Assembly (NCBI GenBank): GCA_963716505.1 | Contig: CAVQTL010000015.1 | Location: 104,982-168,981, forward strand | Length of the DNA: 64,000 nt | Reading direction: 5' to 3' | Origin: an uncultured Actinomycetota bacterium | GTDB lineage: Bacteria; Actinomycetota; Actinomycetes; Mycobacteriales; Mycobacteriaceae | Shown here: in pieces, positions 20,437 through 33,086 of the stretch | How the letters are laid out: the number at the start of each line of letters is the position of its first letter | Position numbering within the stretch: position 1 is the stretch's first letter | The notes under the pieces: model-generated | What the model was told of the DNA's origin: nothing | Seen by the model: only the letters and a program-made list of their open reading frames with translations | Databases searched by the model: none | Position numbers and translations under genes: made by a program

Positions 20437-21151
20437 ATGAGCGAGGACCGCACCGGCACTCAGAACAGCGCAGCAGGCCCTGACCACACCGAGGACCGCC
20501 GCGGACCCGAAAGCCTGACCGAACGGCAGCGCACGATCCTGCAGGTCATTCGCGCCTCGGTGACGACTCGTGGGTATCCCCCGAGCATCAGAGAGATCGG
20601 TGACGCCGTCGGCCTGACGTCCACGTCGTCGGTCGCACATCAGCTGCGAACGCTGGAGCGAAAGGGCTACCTGCGCCGCGATCCGAACCGGCCCCGAGCG
20701 GTCGACGTACGCGGCGCCGACGAGATGGTGGCGCCGATCGTGGGCACCGATGTGGCGGGCTCCGATGCCCTGCCGGAGCCGACGTTCGTGCCCGGTGCTT
20801 GGCCGCATCGCAGCGGGCGGCCCGATCCTCGCCGAAGAGGCTGTCGAGGACGTCTTCCCGCTACCCCGCGAGCTGGTGGGCGAGGGGTCGCTGTTCCTGC
20901 TGAAAGTCGTCGGCGACTCGATGGTCGACGCGGCGATCTGCGACGGCGACTGGGTGGTGATTCGTCAGCAGAACGTCGCCGACAACGGCGATATCGTCGC
21001 GGCGATGATCGACGGCGAGGCCACGGTGAAGACGTTCAAGCGCACCCGCGGCCAGGTATGGCTGATGCCGCACAACCCGGCCTTCGATCCGATTCCCGGC
21101 AACGATGCCGCGGTGCTCGGCAAGGTCGTCACCGTGATCCGGAAGATCTGA
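20437..21151 (+). CDS. lexA: SOS repressor LexA, +1 frameshift at about 20792
   Basis: N-domain LTERQRTIL...[10 protein letters not shown]; peptidase domain [14 protein letters not shown] and ATVK in the next frame; extra C in GTGCCCGGTG; length 715 = 3n+1. Confidence 0.95.
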
Positions 21152-21158
21152 CCCGGCT

Positions 21159-23087
21159 CTAGTCGCCCTTGACGAAGCCGTTGGCGCGGGCGAATTGCTC
21201 GTTGACGAAGTAGACCTCGGCAGGAACGTGGTCGTAGAGGTCGCTTTCCGGTCCCCAGTACAGGCCTGACTTGGTGTCCGCCTTGATCGGGTAACCGGTC
21301 GGCGCCAGATATGGATCGTCGAGCGGTAGGTGAATGGCGGTCTGTGCCCCCTCGCCGTCACTGGGGCCGGCCTCACCGTCGGGTGCCACAACGGGTTCGG
21401 GCTCGTCGAGATCGGTCTGTGGTTCGTCGAGCTCAACAGCCGAGTGGCGGCTGGAGCCCGGGTCGGATTCGGACGGGATCGGCGTCGGCGCGGTGTCGGA
21501 CTCGTCGGCCTCGGGTTCGAGTTCGGAGAACTCGTCGCTGTCATCGCTTGTCTCCTCGAACGGATCTCGACCGACCCCGCCCAACCCGTACAGCGCGGAG
21601 CCCGACGGCCGACCGTAACTCTCGGCCAGCTGCACCCTGCCGTGGTCCTCAGAACCCTCCAGCCGCAGCGCCTCCGCCTCGGCTGCGGTGTCGTGGGTGG
21701 TGTCCAGATCGAACCCGTCGTCAAGCGGATCCACGTCGCCGCCACCCCGGTTCCGGAGCGTCGCAACCAGAATCAGCCCGATCAGAACCAGCAGCGGAAT
21801 CCCGGCGAGCAGCCACCACCATGACGGGGTGAACCAGTTGCGCTCCTTGGAGTCCGACGCAGCGGCGTTGGACGCATCCGGCGGTTCATAGCCGGGCACC
21901 GTCAGGCCGGACAGGCCGGAGGCCAGGTTGGCCGGCTGGGTGCTGAACTTGTTGGTCTGCTTGTCCCAGGAGATCTCGCCGCCGGTGAATCGCTGCGAGA
22001 CGACGTCTCCGTCCTCGGTCTGGTCGGCCACCGGAGGTCCAAGTGCACCGGCCGCGCCGCCGAGCTTGTCCCATGCCGCGTTCATGGCCCCGCGGACGAT
22101 GAATGCGCCGTAGTCGGGTGTCCAGAAGATGACCGGCTTGTCTTCTGCGGAGAAGGTGCTGACCCGGCTGCCCGTCTTGAGCCCGCCGTCGGTCTCGTTG
22201 CTGGTCGGCAGCCCCAGATCGCTCTGCACGCCGCCCACGGACTCGTACTTCTTGAGGACCTGCCCGCTGACCACGTTCGCGCCGGTGGCCGGGCTGTAGA
22301 AGATCTTGCCTCCGGCGAAATCCTGGCCCGCGCCGTCCTGGCCGATCGCGTACTGCGGACCCTGTTTGACCCCGAGCGGCCCCAGCGGCCCACCGGCGGC
22401 CCGCCTGGCCGCGTTGATCGCCGACGTGGCGTCTTCGGGAATGGTCAGCCCGCCGAGCTGCCCCGCCAGATCCGGCGGCACGGTGGTGAACTCCTTGGAG
22501 GACCGGTTCCAGGTGAGCTCGCCGCCGGTGAACTTCTGCGAGACGAGGTCGCCCTTGAAGATCTCGTCCTCGGTCGGCACCCCCACCGGCCCCGCTGAGC
22601 CGCCGAGCTTGTCCCACGCCGCGTTGATCGCACCGCGTACGACGTGGGCGCCGGTGTCGGGGGTCCAGAAGATGACGGGCTTGTCGACCGCGCTGAACGT
22701 GGTGTTGCGGCTGTCCTGCGCCCGACCCGGACCCTCGTCGATCGTCGGAAAGCCCAGGTCACCGTCGCCCGGCCCACCGAGTGACTCGTACTTCTGCAGG
22801 ATCGCGCCTGTCATGATGTGCGCGCCGGTGTCCGGGGTGAAAAAGATCTTGCCGCCCGCGTAGTTCTGGCCGAAGCCACCGCCGATCGGATAGAGGCCAC
22901 CGTCGCCCGGGCCCAGCGGACCGGTGGCGCCGCCGCCGGCGTCGTACGCCCTGTTGATCGCGTCGGCGGCATCGGATTCCGGGGTCGCCACCGCAGAGGG
23001 CGCCAGCACGAGGGCCACGGCGGCAGCCAACACAGCCGCGGCCGCGCGGCCGAATACGGAGTTCAGCAGGGCACGCTCCCCATTCAT
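21159..23087 (-). CDS. LGFP-repeat membrane protein (Rv2721c-like)
   Basis: Signal peptide, repeated GGxxGxLGxPT / IFWTPxxGA units, TM helix, acidic tail, C-terminal YPIKA...GLYW domain. Confidence 0.93.
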   Translation of the reverse strand: MNGERALLNSVFGRAAAAVLAAAVALVLAPSAVATPESDAADAINRAYDAGGGATGPLGPGDGGLYPIGGGFGQNYAGGKIFFTPDTGAHIMTGAILQKYESLGGPGDGDLGFPTIDEGPGRAQDSRNTTFSAVDKPVIFWTPDTGAHVVRGAINAAWDKLGGSAGPVGVPTEDEIFKGDLVSQKFTGGELTWNRSSKEFTTVPPDLAGQLGGLTIPEDATSAINAARRAAGGPLGPLGVKQGPQYAIGQDGAGQDFAGGKIFYSPATGANVVSGQVLKKYESVGGVQSDLGLPTSNETDGGLKTGSRVSTFSAEDKPVIFWTPDYGAFIVRGAMNAAWDKLGGAAGALGPPVADQTEDGDVVSQRFTGGEISWDKQTNKFSTQPANLASGLSGLTVPGYEPPDASNAAASDSKERNWFTPSWWWLLAGIPLLVLIGLILVATLRNRGGGDVDPLDDGFDLDTTHDTAAEAEALRLEGSEDHGRVQLAESYGRPSGSALYGLGGVGRDPFEETSDDSDEFSELEPEADESDTAPTPIPSESDPGSSRHSAVELDEPQTDLDEPEPVVAPDGEAGPSDGEGAQTAIHLPLDDPYLAPTGYPIKADTKSGLYWGPESDLYDHVPAEVYFVNEQFARANGFVKGD

Positions 23088-23222
23088 CCACCCTCCCCGT
23101 GTTACGGCAGAGTCCCCCTGAAACTAGCGCGTTCGTCAGCCGTGCGTCAGATAGACACGATAACGATAGAGATATGCGGTACCCGCAGAACGGAATTTCT
23201 CGAGTGATTCTTTCGAAAGCGA

Positions 23223-24383
23223 TCAAACGCCCAGCGAGCGTCCGATGATCTCCTTCATGATCTCCGTCGTGCCGCCGTAGATGGTCTGCACCCGAGCGTC
23301 CAGATACGCCCTCGCAACGGGGTATTCCCTCATGTACCCGTAGCCACCGTGCAACTGCAGGCAGCGATCGACGAGGTACACCTGCTTCTCGGTTGAGTAC
23401 CACTTCGCCATCGCGGCCTGCTCCGCGGAGAGCTTCTCGTCGAGGTGCAGCCGGATGAACTCGTCGACCATGATGCGCACTGCCGTTGCCTCCGTGGCCA
23501 ATTCGGCCAACAGGAAGCGGCTGTTCTGCTGACTGCCAATCGGTTTGCCAAAGGCCTTGCGCTCCTTGGCGTATTGCAGCGTGTCGGTCAGCACGGCCTC
23601 CATGGCCGCGGCCGCCATCACCGCGATGTTGAGCCGCTCCTGAGGCAGGTTCTGCATGAGGTAGATGAAGCCCATGCCCTCCTCGCCGAGCAGGTTTTCG
23701 GCGGGCACCTTGACGTCGGTGAAGGACAGTTCGGCGGTGTCCTGGGCGTCCAGGCCGATCTTCTCGAGGTGCCTGCCGCGCTCGAAACCCTCCATGCCGC
23801 GCTCGACGACCAACAGGGAGAAGCCTTGCGCGCCCTTCTCGGGGTCGGTGCACGCGACGACGATCACCAGATCGGCGTTGATGCCGTTGGTGATGAACGT
23901 CTTGGCCCCGTTGAGCACGTAGTGGTCACCTTCTTTGACCGCCCTGGTCTTGATGCCCTGCAGGTCGCTGCCCGTGCCGGGCTCGGTCATGGCGATCGCG
24001 GTGATGAACTCTCCGGTGCAGAATTTGGGCAGCCAGCGCTGCTTCTGCTCCTCGTTGGCGAGGTTGAGCAGATACGGCGCGATGATGTCGTTGTGCAGGC
24101 CGAAGCCCAGCCCGCTGAACCGCCCCGCGGTCGTCTCCTCGGTCAGCACCACGTTGTATCGGAAGTCGGGGTTACCGCCGCCGCCGTACTCCTCCGGCAC
24201 CGACATACCGAGAAAGCCCTGCTTGCCGGCTTCCAGCCAGACGCCGCGGTCGACGATCTTGTCCTTCTCCCACTGGTCGTGAAACGGCGCGACATGCCGG
24301 TCGAGGAACCCGCGGTAGGACTCGCGGAACAGTTCGTGCTCGGGCTCGAAGAGGGTGCGCTCGTACTTGACGACGTTGCCCAT
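23223..24383 (-). CDS. fadE20: Acyl-CoA dehydrogenase (Rv2724c ortholog)
   Basis: AMTEPGTGSDL, GAKTFITNG, QLHGGYGYM, IYGGTTEIMK; start MGNVVKYERTLFEPEHE; synteny. Confidence 0.92.
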   Translation of the reverse strand: MGNVVKYERTLFEPEHELFRESYRGFLDRHVAPFHDQWEKDKIVDRGVWLEAGKQGFLGMSVPEEYGGGGNPDFRYNVVLTEETTAGRFSGLGFGLHNDIIAPYLLNLANEEQKQRWLPKFCTGEFITAIAMTEPGTGSDLQGIKTRAVKEGDHYVLNGAKTFITNGINADLVIVVACTDPEKGAQGFSLLVVERGMEGFERGRHLEKIGLDAQDTAELSFTDVKVPAENLLGEEGMGFIYLMQNLPQERLNIAVMAAAAMEAVLTDTLQYAKERKAFGKPIGSQQNSRFLLAELATEATAVRIMVDEFIRLHLDEKLSAEQAAMAKWYSTEKQVYLVDRCLQLHGGYGYMREYPVARAYLDARVQTIYGGTTEIMKEIIGRSLGV

Positions 24384-24431
24384 GGAGGACCTCCAGACAT
24401 CAGCGGGGGTTTGGCCACGACGATATACCAC

Positions 24432-24447
24432 CCAACCGGATGGTTGG
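24432..24447. promoter_or_regulatory. Perfect inverted repeat CCAACC-GGAT-GGTTGG, candidate operator
   Basis: Sits in the short divergent intergenic region between fadE20 and the FmdE-like gene. Confidence 0.45.
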
Positions 24448-24485
24448 TTATCGGGTGCTGGGCGGGCAGAAATAGACTTCACCGG

Positions 24486-25002
24486 GTGGACGTCACGGAG
24501 TCGCTGCAGGTCGCAGACGGTGGGCGGACGATCGCGTTCACGTTCGAGGACATGATGCGCTACCACGGCCCGCACTCTCCCGCGGGCGTGGCGATGGCGT
24601 TCAAGGTGATGCAGCGCGCGTTCGGTCGACTCTCCCCCGCCGTGCCGCCGTCGCGGAGGTCCGTGGCCGTCCGAACGGCTTTCCGCGGCCCCGGCGCGCG
24701 CGACGGGTTTGAAGTCGTCACGCGCGGCGTCACCGAAGGCCGCTACACGGTCGACCGATCCTTGTTACGCGCCGATCGCGGCCGTTTGCTCGAGGACTTC
24801 GTCTTCGAGGTGTCCATCGGGGACCGCGCGGCCACCTTGGTCCTGCGCGACGGCTTCGTCACCGACGAATTCATCGATCTGGCCCGCACCGAAAACCGGA
24901 CCTGCCGAGCAGGAGGCACAGCTCGACGAACTGAAAGTCGAACTGGCACAACGGGTGATGGCCACACCCGCAGCGGCTGTGTTCGACATCGCCGACGAGT
25001 GA
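24486..25002 (+). CDS. FmdE-like hypothetical protein, +1 frameshift at about 24903
   Basis: FEDMMRYHGPHSPAGVAMAFKVM...TAFRGPGARDGFE; tail AEQEAQLDELKVELAQRVM in the next frame; length 517 = 3n+1. The FmdE relationship is from motif resemblance only. Confidence 0.7.
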
Positions 25003-25048
25003 TACCCCCTCGCGACGTTGTGACCTGCACCACCTGAGATCGTTATGC

Positions 25049-25074
25049 GTTTAGCCGACCGCGCGATCGGGAAT
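25049..25074 (+). promoter_or_regulatory. Candidate SigF-type promoter (GTTT-N16-GGGAAT)
   Basis: Upstream of a CsbD-like stress gene; 1 mismatch to GGGTAT. Confidence 0.45.
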
Positions 25075-25113
25075 GAAACCGTCACGATCTGATTCGCTAG
25101 GAGGAATTGCGTC

Positions 25114-25353
25114 ATGGCTGACAACAACAGCGGTCCCGAAGTAGCCATCAAGGGCGTCGTCGAGGGCGTGAAGGGCAAGGCCAAGGAAGTCGCAGGCGCC
25201 GTGACCGGTCGCGATGATCTGTACCGCGAAGGCAAGGCCCAGCAGGACAAGGCTGAAGCCCAGCGCAATGCCGCCGAGAAGGAAGCCGAGGCTGAAGGCG
25301 CCCGTGCGGCCGCAAAGGTCGCCGAGGAGCGTCAGAAGGCCGAACAGGACTAA
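25114..25353 (+). CDS. CsbD-like / microaggregate-binding small protein
   Basis: KGVVEGVKGKAKEVAGAVTG.DDL..EGKAQQDKA; AGGAGG RBS. Confidence 0.88.
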   Translation: MADNNSGPEVAIKGVVEGVKGKAKEVAGAVTGRDDLYREGKAQQDKAEAQRNAAEKEAEAEGARAAAKVAEERQKAEQD

Positions 25354-25367
25354 GACACCGCGTAGGG

Positions 25368-25399
25368 AAATGGGGCGCCGAAGGGGCGCCCCATTTTTT
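25368..25399 (+). terminator. Intrinsic terminator
   Basis: AAATGGGGCGCC / GGCGCCCCATTT 12-bp stem followed by Ts. Confidence 0.88.
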
Positions 25400-25505
25400 G
25401 TGTCCGGCTACATGTCGCATCCGTCGAGAATGGGTGTCACACCCGATAGGCAGCGTCCGACCTCGAGCCCAGACTGTCATCTACAGCTCCGAGGAGGGGG
25501 TTGAG

Positions 25506-26095
25506 ATGACCGATCCACGTCGGCGATCCGAGATGGACACCTACACCGTGCGCCTGCCGCGGTGGACCCGCCCGCACGGCGACCGCAACCCACTGAAACC
25601 CGCGACCGATCGCATCGACAGCATCGTTGCAGTGCTCGCGATCGTCGTTGCGTTGCTGGCGGTGCCCGTCGCTGCAGGCGTCGGCACCGCAGTCTACAAC
25701 TCCAACCGTCAGGTCTACGCCCAACAGGCTGAGACTCGGAAGAACATCACGGCGACCGTCACCGACGACGCCGCCAAGCCAGACCTGCGGAGAGGCACGA
25801 TCCGGGTAAACGTGCGGTGGCAGTGGGCCGCAACGGAGCACATCGGCACCCTCCGAGTTCCGTCTTCGGTGAATCATGGTGACAGCGTAGCGATTTGGGT
25901 CGACGCGGACGGCAGGCTCGTCGGTGCGCCGAGGTCGACCACCACCGCGCTTCTTGATTCCGTGGTGGTGGCCGCTGCCACCTGGCTCACCGTGGCGGCG
26001 CTCGCCACCGCACTCGTCGTCGGCGTTCGCATTGTCCATCTGCGGATGCGCGACGCCGCGTGGCAACGAGGCATCGATCGCCTGTTGCGAGGCGC

Positions 26096-26099
<4 letters not shown>
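25506..26099 (+). CDS. Rv1733c-family membrane protein
   Basis: RNPLKPATDRID, two TM segments, VAIWVDADG, RDAAWQR. Confidence 0.8.
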
Positions 26100-27511
<1,412 letters not shown>

Positions 27512-27557
27512 GAGTAATCAGAAATGGTGCACGCTCGTCAGGATTCGCGCACCTGAA

Positions 27558-28430
27558 TTAATGCTGCTGCGCACGCCACCATTCCTCGGAGATCTCGCCA
27601 CCGGCCACCAGCACCGACGGGCCGCGCAGGTAGCTGCTGGCGTCGGTGACGGTGACGCTGACCTCGCCGCCGGGGATGCAGACCACCAGTGTTCCCGTCG
27701 TCGCACCCTGGTAGGCGAGCGCGGCGACGGCGGCAGCGACGGTTCCCGTTCCGCACGACCGGGTTTCGCCGACACCCCGCTCGTGTACCCGCATCGACAC
27801 CGAACCACTCGACGGTGCGGTGAGGACTTCGACGTTGACGCCTTCCGGGAACTGCGCGATGTCGAACTGCACAGGAGCGGCGACGTCCAGCGCGACCAGC
27901 TCGGCGGTGGTCAGACCGGGGTCGACGCAGGCGAGGTGCGGGTTGCCGACATCGATGGAGAGGCCGGCGAAAGGCCTGCCGCCGACAATCGCCTCGCCGG
28001 TGCCGAGCTGGTTGGTCTTGCCCATCTCGACGGTGACGTCGGCATTGGTGGCGTCCCAGCCGTGCAGCACCACCGGCCGCGGCCCGGCCAGCGAGCCGAC
28101 GACGAACTCGTCACGGCTTTCCAGCCCGGTGGCCCGCAGGTAGTGGGCGAACACCCGGACGCCGTTGCCGCACATCTGCGCGATCGAGCCGTCGGCGTTG
28201 CGATAGTCCATGTACCAGTCACCTGCTGCGACACCTTCGGGCAGCCGGTCGAAGACACCCGCGGCCGCGGCCGCAGCTGCGGTGGTCACCCGCAGCACGC
28301 CGTCGGCCCCGATCCCCCGGCGGCGGTCGCACAGGGCGGTCACCGCGGCGGGCTGAAGGGGCAGCCTGCCGTCCAGGTCGGGCAGCAGCACGAAATCGTT
28401 CTGCGTTCCGTGACCCTTCGCGAACATCAC
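27558..28430 (-). CDS. dapF: Diaminopimelate epimerase
   Basis: [40 protein letters not shown]. Confidence 0.97.
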   Translation of the reverse strand: MMFAKGHGTQNDFVLLPDLDGRLPLQPAAVTALCDRRRGIGADGVLRVTTAAAAAAAGVFDRLPEGVAAGDWYMDYRNADGSIAQMCGNGVRVFAHYLRATGLESRDEFVVGSLAGPRPVVLHGWDATNADVTVEMGKTNQLGTGEAIVGGRPFAGLSIDVGNPHLACVDPGLTTAELVALDVAAPVQFDIAQFPEGVNVEVLTAPSSGSVSMRVHERGVGETRSCGTGTVAAAVAALAYQGATTGTLVVCIPGGEVSVTVTDASSYLRGPSVLVAGGEISEEWWRAQQH

Positions 28431-28434
28431 CTGA

Positions 28435-29340
28435 TCAGGATACGTGCCGCCATGCCCGCAGCGTGGCCTCGACGTTGTCGGAACCCGAGCCGTCCAACCA
28501 GGTGATCCGGTGGTCGCGGCGGAACCACGACCGCTGACGTCGCACGTAGCGGCGGGTTCCGATGAACGTCGGGTCGCGCGCGGCGACACCATCGCCGCCG
28601 CCGTCGAGGTCATCGATCACCTGTGCGTACCCCAACGCGCGGGACGCGGTCACGCCGTCGCGCAGGCCCCGGCCCAGCAGCGAGCGCACCTCGTCGACGA
28701 GGCCGTCGGCGAACATCTTGTCGGTGCGCAGCTCCAGGCGCTCGTCGAGAACGGTTGTCTCCCAATCCAATCCGACGATGGCAGTATCCCACCGTGGTGC
28801 ACCGATGGTTGGCGCTGACGCTGCGAACGGCCGCCCGGTGAGCTCGACCACCTCGAGCGCCCGCACGATGCGTCTGCCGTCGGTGGCCAGGATCGAGGCG
28901 GCCGCCGCCGAGTCGACACCGACAAGCTCCTCGTGCAGCGCCGCGGCGCCGATCTCGGCCAGCCGCAGCTCCCACTTGGCCCGGACGGCGGTGTCGGTGG
29001 CGGGAAACTCCCACTCGTCGAGCAGCGACTGGATGTACATCATCGAGCCACCGACGATGATCGGCAGCGCCCCGGCGGCCGAGATCCGCTCCACGTCCGC
29101 GGCGGCGTCCCGCTGGTACCGCGCGACGGTCGCCGTCTGGGCGACGTCAAGCACGTCGAGCTGGTGATGTGGAATTCCGCCACGTTCTGCGACGGGAAGC
29201 TTCGCGGTCCCGATGTCCATCCCGCGGTAGAGCTGCATGGCGTCGGCATTCACGATCTCGCCGCCCACCCGTTCCGCCACCGCAAGGGCCAGCGCCGACT
29301 TTCCGGTCCCGGTGGGCCCGATGATCGCCAGCGGCCTCAT
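28435..29340 (-). CDS. miaA: tRNA dimethylallyltransferase
   Basis: [36 protein letters not shown]. Confidence 0.97.
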   Translation of the reverse strand: MRPLAIIGPTGTGKSALALAVAERVGGEIVNADAMQLYRGMDIGTAKLPVAERGGIPHHQLDVLDVAQTATVARYQRDAAADVERISAAGALPIIVGGSMMYIQSLLDEWEFPATDTAVRAKWELRLAEIGAAALHEELVGVDSAAAASILATDGRRIVRALEVVELTGRPFAASAPTIGAPRWDTAIVGLDWETTVLDERLELRTDKMFADGLVDEVRSLLGRGLRDGVTASRALGYAQVIDDLDGGGDGVAARDPTFIGTRRYVRRQRSWFRRDHRITWLDGSGSDNVEATLRAWRHVS

Positions 29341-30023
29341 GGATGCCAGACGCCTGCGAAGTACCCGACGCCGTACGGCGCCCCGCGATAGAGCTCCTTC
29401 GCCGACCGTGGCGGGTGTCCTGCCAGCCCGGCCAGCACCTGGTAGGCGACCCGTCCGACGACCGGGCGCGGCAGTCGGGCCAGGGCTGCGGTGTCGCCGC
29501 CGGCCAGCGCGTCGTCGAGTGCGGCCTGCACCGGGATCGAGTCAGGGTCGTAGCCACCGGGCGCAGGCGGTGTGAGGGTGTGGACGCCGTCGGCGACGAC
29601 GAGCACACCGACGGGATCGTCGGCGCCGTCGATCTCGGTGCGCAGCCGCCTGCCGCGGTCGGTTGCCGCATCGGGGTCGTGGTCGCCGGAGTACACCCGC
29701 ACCTCGGCGCGTGCCTGCGGGTTGACCCGGCCGCGCAGCCATCCCGTCACCAGCGCACAGAGCGGCAGTTCACCGGGGGTGTCGGTGGCGCAGGCTGACA
29801 GCGCCACGCGCAGGTCGACGCCGTAGCCGGCGAACGTGCCCGTCTGCCCGGGGTCGATGACCGCGTCGGCGGGACCGACGCCGACCGTGATCCACCGCTG
29901 CGGCAGCACCGAGGCGGCCACGAAGACGGCCTCGCGCAGGTCGGCCAGCTCGGTGGCGGCCGACGCCGCGAGCTCGGGAACCATGACCGGTGCCGACGGG
30001 ACGATCGCGATGGCGCTCAGCAC
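29337..30023 (-). CDS. Conserved hypothetical protein (Rv2728c-like)
   Basis: [31 protein letters not shown]; synteny. Confidence 0.85.
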   Translation of the reverse strand: MLSAIAIVPSAPVMVPELAASAATELADLREAVFVAASVLPQRWITVGVGPADAVIDPGQTGTFAGYGVDLRVALSACATDTPGELPLCALVTGWLRGRVNPQARAEVRVYSGDHDPDAATDRGRRLRTEIDGADDPVGVLVVADGVHTLTPPAPGGYDPDSIPVQAALDDALAGGDTAALARLPRPVVGRVAYQVLAGLAGHPPRSAKELYRGAPYGVGYFAGVWHP

Positions 30024-30046
30024 GCAACCAAACTAACGGGCGGGCC

Positions 30047-30919
30047 TCAGGCGGGCTGTTTGGCAGACGCCGTTACGGCCTCGCCGCGCGCCAGCGCGGC
30101 CGTCGCGACCACCATCGCGACCACCGCGACGATGAGGGTGAACCACCCCGCGTCGCCCGGATGCAGCGTTTCGCCGAGCACGACGACGCCAAGCACCGAC
30201 CCCACGAACGGCTCGGCGACCGTCATGGTCGGCAGCGACGCCGTCAACGAACCGGCCCGGAAAGACGCCTGCTGGTACGCCGTGCCTGCAATGGCGACCA
30301 GCGCCCACACGTACAGCTCGGGTGTGCGCAGCAACGCCCACAGCCCGTCGTCGAGCCGGTCCACCACACCCTTGGTCAGCACCGCGAAAATGCCCCACAG
30401 TGCGCCGGACACGAACCCCAACAGGACTGCACTCGCGGGGCCCTTGACGAAGCCGGCGCCCAGCACGCAGAGCACCAAGACGGGCCCGAGGACGACGACC
30501 ACCGCCGTCCACGTCTTCCATGAGGCGTGCGAGTGCCCCGCCGTCGGATTGCCGACTGTCACGATCACCACCACCGCGGCGGCGAGCAGCGCCGCCCACA
30601 GCCACTCCCACCGGGTCACCCGCCGATGGCCCAACCGCGCGTTGATCGGCAGCGCGAACAGCAGGGAGGTCACCAATATTGCCTGCACCAGCAGCACGGA
30701 ACCGAATCCGAGTGCCGCCGCCTGCAGCGCGAACCCGGCGGCCGCGACCAGGCTGCCCAGCCACCACCGCCCATCGCGGAGCAGCCTGGTGAACAGCTCG
30801 AGGTGGCTGACCGGTTCGTCGGTGATCTCGTGGGCAGAGCGCTGATGAATGACGTCGCCGATCGCGATGAAGAAGGCGGCGCCGAGGGCGAGCAGGGCGG
30901 CGATGTCCGCCTTGGCCAT
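30047..30919 (-). CDS. DMT-family membrane transporter (Rv2729c-like)
   Basis: About 9 TM segments; WWLGS...QAAALGFGSVLLVQAIL...FALP. Confidence 0.88.
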   Translation of the reverse strand: MAKADIAALLALGAAFFIAIGDVIHQRSAHEITDEPVSHLELFTRLLRDGRWWLGSLVAAAGFALQAAALGFGSVLLVQAILVTSLLFALPINARLGHRRVTRWEWLWAALLAAAVVVIVTVGNPTAGHSHASWKTWTAVVVVLGPVLVLCVLGAGFVKGPASAVLLGFVSGALWGIFAVLTKGVVDRLDDGLWALLRTPELYVWALVAIAGTAYQQASFRAGSLTASLPTMTVAEPFVGSVLGVVVLGETLHPGDAGWFTLIVAVVAMVVATAALARGEAVTASAKQPA

Positions 30920-31079
30920 CTCCTGACCTCCCGTCGTCGTCGGTGATGAGCCTAGGCAAATGGCGGCATCGGCGTACGGACGCCGGTCGACCTGTTTGAA
31001 TAGCGGGCGAAGCAGATGGGCGCCGCGTCGCGCGGCAGGTGCGCGGAGATGTCCGCGCGGAGGGTACGAGGAACCGAAG

Positions 31080-32466
31080 ATGACGACCAGCGAATCCGGG
31101 AGCGATGGGGGCACCTCCCCGCCGGAGGCTAGGGGGACGACCTCGGCGTCGGCGACGACCACCCCTAAACCTGCTCCCCGTCCCGGACCGCCGCGCCCAG
31201 GCCCACGGCCAGGCCCGGCGCCGTCCGCAGTCCACCACGGCGCACCCGCGGCGCTGGTCGAGCGATCCCCATCGGTACGGCCGCGTCGATCCCGACGGGA
31301 CGGTGTGGCTGATCAGCGGCGCAGGCGAACGGGTCATCGGATCCTGGCAGGCGGGCGACACCGAGGCGGCCTACGCCCACTTCGGGCGGCGATTCGACGA
31401 CCTGGACACCGAGGTCGCGTTGATGGAGAGCCGACTGACGTCGGGCACGGGCGACGCCCGCAAGATCAAGTCGGCCGCGGCGTCTCTCGCCGAAAGCCTG
31501 CCCACCGCATCGGTGCTCGGCGATGTCGACGCGCTGGCGGCGAGGCTGACGACGATCATCGAGCATGCGGACACCGCCGCTGCGGCCGACAAGGCCAAGC
31601 GGGAAGAACATCGCGCCGCTCAGACCGCCCGCAAGGAGGCACTGGCCGCCGAGGCCGAGGAGGTGGCGGGCAACTCCACCCAGTGGAAGACCGCCGGTGA
31701 CCGGCTGCGCGAAATCCTCGAGGAGTGGCGCACGATCAGCGGTCTTGACCGCAAGACCGATGACGCACTCTGGAAGCGGTATTCGGCGGCGCGGGAAGCA
31801 TTCAATCGCCGGCGCGGGTCCCATTTCGCCGACCTCGACCGCGAGCGGGCCGGTGCACGGCAGGCCAAGGAGACGTTGTGCGAGCGGGCCGAGGAACTGG
31901 CCGACTCAACCGACTGGGGTCCGACCGCGGCGGCCTTCCGCGACCTACTGGCGGAGTGGAAGGCCGTTGGCCGAGCCAGCAAGGACGTGGACGACGCGCT
32001 GTGGCACCGGTTCAAGGCCGCCCAGGACAACTTCTTCGCCGCCCGCAATGCCATTTCCGCCGAGCGTGACGCCGAGTTCCGCACCAACGCGGACGCCAAG
32101 GAGGCGCTGCTTGCGGAGGCGGAGAGGATCGACACCGGCGACCTCGACGCCGCACGCGCCGCCATGCGCACCATCGGCGACAAGTGGGACAAGATCGGCA
32201 AGGTACCCCGTGAGCGAAGCGCCGATCTGGAGCGGCGGCTGCGAGCGATCGAGAAGAAGGTGCGCGACGCGCCGTCACATCGCGTCGATCCGGAGGCCCA
32301 GGCACGCGCCGACCAATTCAGAGAGCGCGCAGAGCAATTCGAGCGGCAAGCGGAGAAGGCCGCGGCGGCGGGTCGCACGAAGGATGCCGAGGAGGCGCGG
32401 GCGAGCGCCGAGCAATGGCGGCAATGGGCGGAGGCCGCGGCCGAGGCGCTCGGCAAGAGGGGTTAG
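31080..32466 (+). CDS. DUF349 domain protein (Rv2731-like), +1 frameshift at about 31260
   Basis: Pro-rich N-terminus in one frame; [10 protein letters not shown]...IGSWQAG and repeated W..F....D.F units in the next; length 1387 = 3n+1. Confidence 0.88.
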
Positions 32467-33086
32467 GTCTTCGCCTGGCCGTCGGTGTCGGTGTCGGTGT
32501 CGGTGTTGTCGTCGAGGCTGTCCAGCAGTCCTTTGGTCTGACGCTTGGCGACGGCCCTGCGACGCTCCTCTTCGGCGGCGAGCTGCAGCGCAGTGCGGGC
32601 CCACACCGCCCTGGCCCAGTTGTAGGTCAGCACGATCACGGTGATCCAGGCGACGATCAGCCCGATACCGGGTCCCGGATGTGGTGCGGGGGCGGTCTGA
32701 CGTGACCACACCGCGAGCAGTCCCGCGAAGGACGCCACGGTGGATCCGGCCAAGGCGATCCACGCCAACGCCCAGCGCCGCGTCAGCAGGGCCAGCATCG
32801 AGAAGCCGACGCTGAACACCAACGTCAGCCAGATGAACACCCGAGACGGCAGCGACACTCCCACGCCGATCGCGGCGTCGTTGCCCGCCAGCACATCCCA
32901 GCCCATGGCGCCGCCGGTGTGCGGAAGGATGAACGTCAGCAGTAGTACGAAGACGGCGATCGCGATGACCAACGCCCTTGCGCCGGGATCGATTTCCCTG
33001 GCGACGCGGCGTTCGGCGGCCTCGATGTCGCCCTTGAAGTCTTCGAAGTCTCCGTTCTGGCCCTTGCCCGCGGTCACCTGGCACAT
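32463..33086 (-). CDS. Rv2732c-family membrane protein
   Basis: [15 protein letters not shown], four TM segments; C-terminal TDTDTDTD from (GTCGGT)x4. Confidence 0.88.
   Translation of the reverse strand: MCQVTAGKGQNGDFEDFKGDIEAAERRVAREIDPGARALVIAIAVFVLLLTFILPHTGGAMGWDVLAGNDAAIGVGVSLPSRVFIWLTLVFSVGFSMLALLTRRWALAWIALAGSTVASFAGLLAVWSRQTAPAPHPGPGIGLIVAWITVIVLTYNWARAVWARTALQLAAEEERRRAVAKRQTKGLLDSLDDNTDTDTDTDGQAKT

Noticed and set aside
20780-20800. Programmed ribosomal frameshifting in lexA, recA or gluB
   Set aside because: No shared slippery sequence or stimulatory structure at the shift sites, and many unrelated genes are affected, which fits sequencing error.
21840-22990. Repeated DNA units in the LGFP gene as a CRISPR-like or other array
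   Set aside because: Degenerate protein-coding LGFP repeats; no identical repeats with unique spacers and no cas genes.
23445-24485. Long N-terminal extension on the FmdE-like ORF (530 aa)
   Set aside because: Antisense shadow of fadE20; plausible coding starts near 24486.
32481-32504. (GTCGGT)x4 microsatellite as a phase-variation switch
   Set aside because: The unit is a multiple of 3 and lies in a disordered C-terminal tail (TDTDTD), so slippage would not shift the frame.
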